From the NCBI GenBank assembly GCA_964416155.1, contig CAYQCW010000003.1, positions 32,001-96,000 of the forward strand: a stretch of DNA of 64,000 nucleotides, in the 5' to 3' direction. The stretch is from an uncultured Nitrososphaerota archaeon. Its GTDB lineage: Archaea > Thermoproteota > EX4484-205 > JAAOZP01. The notes below the pieces were generated by a model. It searched no databases, was not told the origin of the DNA, and worked only from the letters and a program-made list of their open reading frames with translations. Shown in pieces: positions 18,708 through 26,961 of the stretch; position 1 is the first letter of the stretch; each line of letters begins with the position of its first letter. A program made the translations under genes and the position numbers.

Positions 18708-20216
18708 TTAAATATCCGGCTTAGGGGGGGAAAGCAGCTTGGAAAGCTCTGCGTGAAGACTCCCTATTCCCACTCTCCTCTGCTCCCTAGTATCCCTGAA
18801 CCTAAGGGTTACACTGTCGTCCGAGAAAGTCTGGTGATCAACAGTGACGGCGAACGGTATGCCTATCTCATCCGACCTCGCATACCTGCGACCTATGCTT
18901 CCAGAATCGTCGAAGTTAACCTTGAAATCCCCAAGCATCCTTGCAACCTCCGCAGCCTTATTCACGAAATCCGGCTTAGAAAGCAAGGGGAAAACTGAAA
19001 CGTCGAAAGGTGAGAGGCATGGAGGGGTTGAGAGGCATATGCGCCCGTCCTCTTCAATCCTCAAACCATATTCGAGGAGAGCGTAGAGAAGCCTTTCAGC
19101 CCCAAAGCTGGGCTCAACCACGTGAGGCACTATCCTCCTGCCTGAGGAAGAGATGTAAACGTTCATTTCCTCGCCGCTCACCCTCATGTGGCCCGAGAGA
19201 TCGTAGTCAGTACGGTATGCGAATCCAGCGACCTCAGTCCACCCCCATGACTCCAGCAGTACTTCACAGTCGAAGAGCTGTTTAGCGTAGTGCGCCCTCT
19301 CGCTGGGAAGCTTCTCCCTGAACCTGAAGGCATCTTCAGGGATCTTAAGCGCCTCCAGAAACCTTTTGGTTAAAACAAGGAAGAATGGAAGCCAATTGCT
19401 GCTGAATAAACCGTTTTCAACTCCGTCTTTAACCCTTATTTTTCTAAAGCCCGTTACACCCTTATCCTGATCCTCCGCAGTGAGAACAGGGATTTCATGC
19501 TCCAAATAGTTTTCCTCAGAAGGCCCAGGATTAGAATCTGGGTCGAAGAAGAACTCCACCTCCATTATCGTGAACTCCCTAAGCCTTATGGGTCCCTGTC
19601 TGGGTGAAACCTCGTTTCTGAAAACCCGGCCCACCTGGGCAACCCCCATGGGTAGGCTCGACCTTCCGTGAACGTAAAGCCTCTTGAACTCTGTGAATAT
19701 TCCTTGTGCAGTCTCAGGGCGAAGATAACCTATCTCTCCGGATCCCGCACCTATCTCAGTCTTAAACATCAGCAGCCACTGGAATGCTTTAGAAAAATCA
19801 CCCTTACAATTTGGACATTTAACACCCCTTGTGGAAATAATCTCATCGATCTGCTGCAGCAAGGCTCCTTCAGGAATGGGGAGTCCCGCCTCGCTAAGAA
19901 GATGGTCTGCTCTGTAAACAGCACCGCACTTCTCGCACTTTAAAGCCTTATCCGTGAACTGGGACTCATGTCCTGATGCAACGTAGACAGGCCTAGGCCC
20001 TATTACTGGAGACTCTATTATCTGAAAGTTTCTGGAGTAGACGAAGTATTTTATCCACAGGTTTTCCAAGCGCCTCTTAATCTCGAAGCCAATATTGCCG
20101 AGGGTCAGCAGCCCTCTAACCCCGCCGTATATCTCGTATGAGGGCCAGAATATCCCCCGGCGCTTCGCCAGTTCCATCAGAACATCCGACTTTCTCTGCT
20201 GCTTTACTGCTGGCAA
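18708..20216 (-). CDS. glyS: Glycine--tRNA ligase (alpha2 type)
   Basis: YLRPETAQGIF, FRNEVSPRQG.IRLREF, HVVEPSFG, GSIGRRYARSDEIG. Confidence 0.96.
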   Translation of the reverse strand: MPAVKQQRKSDVLMELAKRRGIFWPSYEIYGGVRGLLTLGNIGFEIKRRLENLWIKYFVYSRNFQIIESPVIGPRPVYVASGHESQFTDKALKCEKCGAVYRADHLLSEAGLPIPEGALLQQIDEIISTRGVKCPNCKGDFSKAFQWLLMFKTEIGAGSGEIGYLRPETAQGIFTEFKRLYVHGRSSLPMGVAQVGRVFRNEVSPRQGPIRLREFTIMEVEFFFDPDSNPGPSEENYLEHEIPVLTAEDQDKGVTGFRKIRVKDGVENGLFSSNWLPFFLVLTKRFLEALKIPEDAFRFREKLPSERAHYAKQLFDCEVLLESWGWTEVAGFAYRTDYDLSGHMRVSGEEMNVYISSSGRRIVPHVVEPSFGAERLLYALLEYGLRIEEDGRICLSTPPCLSPFDVSVFPLLSKPDFVNKAAEVARMLGDFKVNFDDSGSIGRRYARSDEIGIPFAVTVDHQTFSDDSVTLRFRDTREQRRVGIGSLHAELSKLLSPPKPDI

Positions 20217-20269
20217 ACCATTTCCCCGAAAAGACTTAACGCTTAATAAACCTTAATGTTCAAAAACCC

Positions 20270-20632
20270 TTAAAAAAGAGGCAGGCCCCCAGTAACCCTG
20301 TTTATCAACTCCTCGGGAGCAGGCCCCAGCCCCAGACAGGTCACCGTGCCCGGCTCAAGCTCTGTAAGACCCATGTCTGAAACCAGGCAAGCAGGTATGC
20401 CCTCGTTCGAAGCCGCTTCCTTTAGCCTGATCAACTCTTCAAGAGACCCGGTTTTCAAGACGACCTTCTTCTGACCTTCTTCAAGCCACTCCCTGAGCCA
20501 CTCAGGCTTAAAGCGCCGAGCCTCCTCGGCAGCTGAAACCGCTGCATGAGCCACTTGAACACATGTTTTTCCGCATGACATTTTAAGATCCATCCTGACC
20601 ACTATGCATTGTTTAAACTTGAAGCTTTTCAT
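20270..20632 (-). CDS. pth2: Peptidyl-tRNA hydrolase Pth2
   Basis: KQCIVVRMDLKMSCGK..QVAHA, GQKKVVL, DMGLTE.EPGT.T..GPAP. Confidence 0.96.
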   Translation of the reverse strand: MKSFKFKQCIVVRMDLKMSCGKTCVQVAHAAVSAAEEARRFKPEWLREWLEEGQKKVVLKTGSLEELIRLKEAASNEGIPACLVSDMGLTELEPGTVTCLGLGPAPEELINRVTGGLPLF

Positions 20633-20723
20633 GCTTTAAAAGAACCTGGAGGGCGGGATAAAAAGGTTGCATATATCGAGGAACCGCTAAACTTATTAAC
20701 CGGCTTCCCGCGCAGCCCTCACC

Positions 20724-20885
20724 ATGGTTACATGCATGTCCTGCGGCAGGCCTATAGACCCCTATGAGAGATACGTGAAGTTCACATGCTTCAACTGTGG
20801 CGAAGTAACCTTATGGCGGTGCGAGAAATGCAGGACTTTCGCGAGAGAGCTTAAATGCCCTAAATGCGGCTACGTTATGCCTTAA
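20724..20885 (+). CDS. Small double zinc-ribbon protein (HVO_2753/DUF1610-like), 53 aa, absent from the ORF track
   Basis: MVTCMSCG..VKFTCFNCGE..WRCEKCR..KCPKCGY; four CxxC pairs; conserved position before EF-1beta. Confidence 0.88.
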   Translation: MVTCMSCGRPIDPYERYVKFTCFNCGEVTLWRCEKCRTFARELKCPKCGYVMP

Positions 20886-21030
20886 GCCAGATTGTTTTAT
20901 ATTTTTGATTAGAATAGTGGTTGAGAAAACTTTATATATGGAGTTGGAAACACTGAGCCGAAAACCTGTTGCCGTATGAGATAACAATTAGGCTTATAAC
21001 CCGGCTACCCTGGAAAGAGGTGGTTGAAAA

Positions 21031-21318
21031 ATGAAGCAGATAGTTTACACTTTAAGAGTATTCCCCGGGGAGGATGTAACTGACCTAGAACAGCTTCCGA
21101 CGAGAATAGGCGAGAACCTTAAGAGCGGAAGGATCATTTCCTCCCAGACTGCAGACTTCTTCTTCGGAATGAAGGTTCTCCTCATGAACGTGGAGGCCCC
21201 TGAGGTTGACGGAATATCCGACAGGATTGAAAGCGAGATTAAAAGCACCCCTGGTGTTTCAGATATGGAGATACTGATGGTGAGCAGGAAGATAGAGGTT
21301 TGGAGAGAAGATGGTTAG
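21031..21318 (+). CDS. ef1b: Translation elongation factor 1-beta
   Basis: LRVFP..FFFGMKVL..IESEIKSTPGVS; synteny with the zinc-ribbon gene. Confidence 0.85.
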   Translation: MKQIVYTLRVFPGEDVTDLEQLPTRIGENLKSGRIISSQTADFFFGMKVLLMNVEAPEVDGISDRIESEIKSTPGVSDMEILMVSRKIEVWREDG

Positions 21319-21559
21319 AGCATCAAGCAGCGAGGACAGAAGGATAATACCTTTAAGAAACTATATTTTCGACATTCTTGAGAAGAAGCGGAGCATGACT
21401 CTTTCAGAGTTGCTCAGAGGCTTAGAGAAGGATGTTGGCAGGGTGAGCCTGTCTGAGGTTGAGAAGGAGCTCATGGCTATGGAAATAAGGGGAGTTATAA
21501 GGGTGTTCGCCTCCGGAAGGAAGGACCAGAGGCTAGAGTTTATAGGTCTAACAGCATAA
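21311..21559 (+). CDS. Small winged-helix hypothetical protein
   Basis: IFDILEKKRSMTLSEL..VSLSEVEKELMAMEIRGVIRV; overlaps the end of ef1b. Confidence 0.65.
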   Translation: MVRASSSEDRRIIPLRNYIFDILEKKRSMTLSELLRGLEKDVGRVSLSEVEKELMAMEIRGVIRVFASGRKDQRLEFIGLTA

Positions 21560-21654
21560 TTCCCCATGTGAAAGAAACGTATAACCAGCATCTTGAGCCA
21601 CTGATTTATTTTAAACATTAAGGTTTAAGAATATTGCCCGGCGCATGATTACAG

Positions 21655-22671
21655 ATGGGTGTTCAGCTGGGCGACATAATTCCGGCTAGGGAAATCAAGT
21701 TGGAGAGCCTCGCCAATAAAAGAATAGCGATAGACATGTATAACACGCTATACCAGTTTCTAACGATAATAAGAGGGGTTGACGGAAGACCCTTAATGGA
21801 TTCGAAGAACAGGATTACCAGCCATCTCTCAGGACTATTCTACAGGACTTGCAACTTCCTCTCCGCAGGCTTAAAACCAATATACGTCTTCGACGGTGAG
21901 CCGCCTAGTATTAAGAGGGAGGAGGCTGAGAGAAGGAGAGCAGTACGCATGGAGGCCTCTAGAAAATACGAGAAGGCATTGTCAACAGGCAGGCTTGAGG
22001 AGGCCCGTAAGTATGCTCAGATGTCGGCAACGCTCGACGAGTATCTTTTAAAGTCTGCAGAAGAGCTTGTGAGGCTCATGGGTGTGCCCGTGGTGCACGC
22101 GCCTTCCGAGGGGGAGGCTCAGGCTGCACACATGGTTGCCACTGGTGTCGCAGACTATGTTGGCAGCCAGGATTTCGACTCGCTTCTCTTCGGCGGCAGG
22201 ATGCTTGTGAGAAACCTTGCGATAACTGGGAGGAGGAAGCTTCCCGGTAAGAAGGCTTATGTTGAGGTGAGCCTTGATGAGATTTCTCTTGAGGAAACTC
22301 TGAAAAGCCTTTCGATAACAAGGGAGCAGTTGATAGACATAGCCCTGCTCGTCGGCACCGATTACACGGAGGGCGTGAAGGGAATAGGGCCTAAAAGGGC
22401 CTTGGAGCTTATTAGAAAGGAGATGAGCCTTGAAAAAATCCTGAGTAGACAAGGTGAAGACCCTGCGAAGCTTCAAACATACTATGAGGCTAAGGATTTC
22501 TTCCTCAACCCCAGGGTTAAGGATGTTGGAGAATTGGAGTGGAGAGACATAGATCAAGAAGGGGTCTTGAGGTTTCTACATGATGAGCACGACTTCTCGC
22601 TAGACAGGATTGTTAAAGCCGTTGAGGAGGTTAAGAAGCGTCCAGCTGGGGTATTGTCAAAATGGTTTTAA
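21655..22671 (+). CDS. fen: Flap endonuclease 1
   Basis: MGV..YQFL..ITSHLSGLFYRT, APSEGEAQAA, SQDFDSLLFG, GTDY..GIGPK; C-terminal PIP-like LSKWF. Confidence 0.97.
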   Translation: MGVQLGDIIPAREIKLESLANKRIAIDMYNTLYQFLTIIRGVDGRPLMDSKNRITSHLSGLFYRTCNFLSAGLKPIYVFDGEPPSIKREEAERRRAVRMEASRKYEKALSTGRLEEARKYAQMSATLDEYLLKSAEELVRLMGVPVVHAPSEGEAQAAHMVATGVADYVGSQDFDSLLFGGRMLVRNLAITGRRKLPGKKAYVEVSLDEISLEETLKSLSITREQLIDIALLVGTDYTEGVKGIGPKRALELIRKEMSLEKILSRQGEDPAKLQTYYEAKDFFLNPRVKDVGELEWRDIDQEGVLRFLHDEHDFSLDRIVKAVEEVKKRPAGVLSKWF

Positions 22672-22672
22672 A

Positions 22673-23365
22673 CTAGAAACCGTAGTCTCCCCTTAAAGGC
22701 ACAAAGATCACGGGCCCAGCATTGCTTTTCCTCGCCCTGCCTTCAATGTCTTTCTCCACAAGAATCAGGTTCTGCTCGAAAAACCTTGATTGAACCGGTA
22801 TAACCATCCTACCGCCTGGCTTCAACTGCTCTATGAGCGGCGGTGGGATCTTGGGTGCTGCGGCTGTAACAAGGATGCGATCGTAAGGCGAAGCCTCCGG
22901 ATACCCTTTAGAGCCGTCTCCCTCAATAACCCTGATGACCCTGTTGAAACCGAGCCTTATGAAGTTGGACTCGGCGAACTTCACAAGACCACTGTTTATC
23001 TCAACAGTGTAAACCAACGGGCTGGGTGAGTCTAGGCTTGGACAGGTTAACACGGCGAGCGTAGCCGCATGGTAGCCGCTTCCCGTGCCAACCTCCAGAA
23101 TCCTGTCCCCTATTTGAACTTCGAGAAGCTCGTTCATGATGGCAACCATGTGGGGTGCTGAAATCGTCTGACCCGTGTCTCCAAGAGGGAGAGGAGTGTC
23201 GCCGTAAGCACACTCTAGCAGGTTTGGCCAGACGAACTCGTGTCTAGGAACCCTGAGCATCGCGTCCCTCACCCTCTCAGTCTTAACAACGCCTTCTGCG
23301 ACAAGTCGTTCAACAAGCCTCCTTCTCTTCTCCAGAAAAGGGTCTCGTCCGACTGTTTCTCCCAT
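22673..23365 (-). CDS. pcm: Protein-L-isoaspartate O-methyltransferase
   Basis: GQTISAPHMVA, LEVGTGSGYHAA, GDGSKG..PYDRILVTAA; ATG at 23365. Confidence 0.95.
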   Translation of the reverse strand: MGETVGRDPFLEKRRRLVERLVAEGVVKTERVRDAMLRVPRHEFVWPNLLECAYGDTPLPLGDTGQTISAPHMVAIMNELLEVQIGDRILEVGTGSGYHAATLAVLTCPSLDSPSPLVYTVEINSGLVKFAESNFIRLGFNRVIRVIEGDGSKGYPEASPYDRILVTAAAPKIPPPLIEQLKPGGRMVIPVQSRFFEQNLILVEKDIEGRARKSNAGPVIFVPLRGDYGF

Positions 23366-23414
23366 CTTCGGAACAGTTTTTATTAAACCCTTGGATAAAA
23401 CGTTTTCAGGAGAA

Positions 23415-23837
23415 ATGAGTAGAATCGTTGAAAAGGTGCGTGGAAAAGGCCATCCGAACATAAGGGCTACTCACCCAACTACACTCGCAGCCACTGTTGA
23501 TCCCGAGATCAGCGTGGCTGGCGACTGCTTCCTGATGGTTTCCGCAGACAAGTCTCCCTCAACCCTCTCGGAAGACTTTAAGAACGCTGTCCGGAGGCGT
23601 GTAAAGATGAGGGGCAGGATAATCGTAGGAGGCCTTGAAGATTTGTTCGAATGCTACGGTGACCCGAGCCTCTCCTTCGAAGACACGCGTACAATGATTT
23701 TCAGGAAAAGCAGGTATGTTTGCAGCAAAACAGTGGGAGTTGAAAGCAGCAAGAGCGCGAGAGACATAGACCGGAGAATCGTTGAAACGCTCCGGAAGGA
23801 GGCTGAAGCCCTTATTGAGCTAACAGTCTTAGAATAA
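23415..23837 (+). CDS. DUF371 family protein
   Basis: GHPNIRATHPTT..GDC..ADK..IFRKSRY. Confidence 0.85.
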   Translation: MSRIVEKVRGKGHPNIRATHPTTLAATVDPEISVAGDCFLMVSADKSPSTLSEDFKNAVRRRVKMRGRIIVGGLEDLFECYGDPSLSFEDTRTMIFRKSRYVCSKTVGVESSKSARDIDRRIVETLRKEAEALIELTVLE

Positions 23838-23864
23838 AACGCATTGGGAAAAGCTGTTTTTAAA

Positions 23865-24926
23865 CTATCTTTCACACTCCCCTCGGGCGAACTCTATGAA
23901 CTTCCGCTTAGCCTCCTCATAGGGCATTTGAACAGGAGGATGCTTGAAGCAGTATGCTGAAACACTGATCAAGGGGCCGCTGACACCTCTGTCTAAAGCA
24001 ATCTTAACGCCTCTTAAAGCATCTATTATTACCCCGGCACTATTAGGAGAGTCTATTACTGAAAGCTTAAGATCAATGGTTAAGGGGGCACCGCCGAAAT
24101 ACCTGCCTTTAACCCATATGTAGCATATTTTCTCGTTCTCCAGGAAAGGAACATAGTCACTCGGCCCTATGCGAAGCGGCATCTCGTAGGGGGACATCGC
24201 CCTGACGGCCGAGGTCTTGCTCTCCCTCTTGGAGGCAAGCCTCTGCTGCTCCAGCATGTTCAGAAAATCAGTGTCCCCGCCTATGTTCAGTTGGTAGGAC
24301 TCGTCTACTTTAACACCCCTGTCGACAAGAAGCTTGACCAGCGTCTTATGGAGAACAGTCGCGCCAAGCTGACTCATAACGTCGTCACCCGCTATCGGCA
24401 ATCCTTTTTCAGCAAACCTTGTCTGCCACTCGGTTGAGGAAGCTATGAACGTAGGCATGGCGTTCACAAAGGCGACGCCGGCCTCCAGCGCCGACTTAGC
24501 GTAGAAGCGGCTACCATTCTCGCTGCCGACAGGAAGATAGTTCACCAGAATATCTGCCTTAGATGATTTCAACTCCTCAACCACATCCACCTCCCTCTCG
24601 TCTGAGAACTCTATTACTTCCTTCAGATACCTGCCGACACCGTCTAGGACAGGCCCCTTCTTAACAGGGACACCTGTCTTAGGAACATTCTGAAACCTAA
24701 TGGTGTTGTTCGGCTTCTCGAATATTGCTTCACCCAAATCCTTACCAATCTTCCTCCTGTCGATGTCGAAAGCGGCTACAAACTCTATGTCCCCGGGCCC
24801 GTATCCCCCGACCTCCGGATGTGCTAAGCCGACTGAGTCTCCCTTCTCCTGGTAATAGTATACTCCTTGGACAAGCGCGGAGGCACAGTTTCCGACACCA
24901 GCTATTGCTACTCTGATTCTCCTCAT
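23865..24926 (-). CDS. ino1: myo-Inositol-1-phosphate synthase
   Basis: GVGNCASALVQG, NYLPVGS, GDDVMSQLGAT, YQLNIGGDTDF, DSPNSAG. Confidence 0.95.
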   Translation of the reverse strand: MRRIRVAIAGVGNCASALVQGVYYYQEKGDSVGLAHPEVGGYGPGDIEFVAAFDIDRRKIGKDLGEAIFEKPNNTIRFQNVPKTGVPVKKGPVLDGVGRYLKEVIEFSDEREVDVVEELKSSKADILVNYLPVGSENGSRFYAKSALEAGVAFVNAMPTFIASSTEWQTRFAEKGLPIAGDDVMSQLGATVLHKTLVKLLVDRGVKVDESYQLNIGGDTDFLNMLEQQRLASKRESKTSAVRAMSPYEMPLRIGPSDYVPFLENEKICYIWVKGRYFGGAPLTIDLKLSVIDSPNSAGVIIDALRGVKIALDRGVSGPLISVSAYCFKHPPVQMPYEEAKRKFIEFARGECER

Positions 24927-24990
24927 GGCAAAAAATACGTATTTTACCTTTATAAAATTAACTAGCGGCTCAAACCCATTAAACCGTAGG

Positions 24991-25494
24991 CTACTTCAGC
25001 TTCAAACCGCATTTCCTGCAGTAGCGCATCCCTTCAGAAACCGGGGCGCCACATCTGGGGCAGAAGCCAATTATTTCACCAATCTTCTCAGGCTTCTCCT
25101 CCTTTTCCAAGCCTTCCTCCTTAATAGGCTCATAAGATTCCTCGGTCGGAGCCTCCTCGTATGCCTGCTCTAAACCCGCTTCGTCTTTTTCAACAGTCTC
25201 AACCTCTTCCCCACTGTGAGCAGCCTCAACCCCCGCCCCGCCGTAGGCAGCCTCCTTCTGACTGCTTTCTTCAACAGCCTCGCTTCGAGCAGCCTCAACT
25301 GGAGCGATTATTCTTCTCCTCGGCCTAATTAAAATCGAACCCACCACGACTATTATCCCCAACCAGAAGACGCCGGTCATCAAGTACTTATAAGTTGCGT
25401 CACTCATCTCCCCGAAAGGATTTTGTATCGTTTGAAAATAAAGGCCTACGGCTATCAGCAGTACGCCGGCAGCCAGCACATTAGCCTTGTTCAA
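24991..25494 (-). CDS. Membrane-anchored protein with acidic linker and C-terminal double zinc ribbon
   Basis: Two TM helices, Glu-rich linker, FCPRCG..YCRKCG. Confidence 0.75.
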   Translation of the reverse strand: MNKANVLAAGVLLIAVGLYFQTIQNPFGEMSDATYKYLMTGVFWLGIIVVVGSILIRPRRRIIAPVEAARSEAVEESSQKEAAYGGAGVEAAHSGEEVETVEKDEAGLEQAYEEAPTEESYEPIKEEGLEKEEKPEKIGEIIGFCPRCGAPVSEGMRYCRKCGLKLK

Positions 25495-25566
25495 CCCAAT
25501 GTTTTACACTATTAGCAGGTAATTAACTTTTTCGACACCCGATAAAACACGAGGCTGACATTCGCC

Positions 25567-25959
25567 TTAAAATAATCCTGAAGACCTTTTTAAAACAGCT
25601 ATAACGGTGAGAATGATGCAGACTATGCTTAGAGCCAGCTCCACTGGGGAAACCAGGCCTTGGACTGCTGAGAAGTATAATGGCGGTGAAACCCCTGCGA
25701 CTCCGATGACAATACCCACTATGAAAGCGTAGCGGACAATTCTCCTAAGCCTCGGGCCAAGCATCAACCCTGCTATGGATGAGCAAATTATCAGGATTCC
25801 TGCAATAACCAGATTGTATGTTTCACCCCCAGATATGGCTGGGGAAAGTAGGTAGAGTATTGAGAGGATAAGCATAGGCCAGAGGCTGAGAAGCCTACTG
25901 CTAAGTCTAGCCTCCCCCTGCGAAACTGTTCCTCCAGTATTCTCCCTCCCACTCAACAT
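25567..25959 (-). CDS. Hypothetical membrane protein (about 4 TM)
   Basis: Hydrophobic ORF within a co-oriented gene run. Confidence 0.6.
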   Translation of the reverse strand: MLSGRENTGGTVSQGEARLSSRLLSLWPMLILSILYLLSPAISGGETYNLVIAGILIICSSIAGLMLGPRLRRIVRYAFIVGIVIGVAGVSPPLYFSAVQGLVSPVELALSIVCIILTVIAVLKRSSGLF

Positions 25960-25982
25960 TAAGCTTCCCCCTTTACAGTTTT

Positions 25983-26948
25983 TTAAAAAGATTGCGTGCC
26001 TATATTGACAACGTTGCCTGTTTCAGACGATTTGAAGCTTGATTCAACAATCTCCAAGGCTTTAACAGCATCCTCTTCCCCAGGGCCGGGTTTTACACTG
26101 TTAACAATGCATTCTAGGAAGTGTTTCAACTCGTGTCTAAGCGGCTCGCTCCACTCCGAGAACGGTGTTATCCTATCGTCTTTAGAGCTCAGCGTCACTT
26201 GCTGAGAAACCAGGTCTGCCTCAATCACTCCCTCCGAACCTATTATCTCGAGGTTCCTTATCTTGAAGGGTGTCAACCAGTTAGCCTGTATTATAGCCAT
26301 TTTCTCAGCCTTAAAAGTCAAGATTAGAGTGGCATAATCCTCATGAACCCTGTGCATCGATCTTCCCATCTTTGCATAAACCTTCAAAGGGTCTTCTGAG
26401 AAAACATGTCTCATCAAGTCTATGTCGTGTATCGCGGTGTCCAGCAGCACTCCTAAATCAGTTATTCTCTCAGGCCATCTTCTGACACGTGTCGCTGAAG
26501 CCATTATTATCTCCCCAACCGCCCCTTCGGCAACATAATTCTTAACCATGCTCACCGCCGGGTTAAACCTTTCAATGAACCCTACCATGAGCTTTACGCG
26601 CTCCCTCCTAGCCTGGTTGATGATTTCAAAGGCTTCTCTCAGATTCGGGGTGAACGGTTTTTCAATAAGCAGATACTTGAAGTTCTTAAGGATAAGCTGC
26701 AAAGCCACCTCCTTATGCGTTGAAGTTGGCGTTGAGACTACTGCACCGTCGTAAACGTTCTCAGGTATTTCTGAGACGCTGGAATAATAGGGCACGTTGT
26801 AAAGCCTGCCGTAGGTGCTGGCCTTCTCAACGTCTATGTCGCACACTCCTCCGAGCCCACCGAGCTCAGCGAGAACCCTGACATGGTTTTTCCCGAAGCC
26901 GCCTGTCCCGACGACGATTACCTTAGGCTTCTCCCTGCTCAGGTTCAA
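25983..26948 (-). CDS. Gfo/Idh/MocA family oxidoreductase
   Basis: GTGGFGKNHVR, STPTSTH, EKP, GFIERFNPA, DTAIHDID. Confidence 0.92.
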   Translation of the reverse strand: MNLSREKPKVIVVGTGGFGKNHVRVLAELGGLGGVCDIDVEKASTYGRLYNVPYYSSVSEIPENVYDGAVVSTPTSTHKEVALQLILKNFKYLLIEKPFTPNLREAFEIINQARRERVKLMVGFIERFNPAVSMVKNYVAEGAVGEIIMASATRVRRWPERITDLGVLLDTAIHDIDLMRHVFSEDPLKVYAKMGRSMHRVHEDYATLILTFKAEKMAIIQANWLTPFKIRNLEIIGSEGVIEADLVSQQVTLSSKDDRITPFSEWSEPLRHELKHFLECIVNSVKPGPGEEDAVKALEIVESSFKSSETGNVVNIGTQSF

Positions 26949-26961
26949 CAGTCCCCATGCT

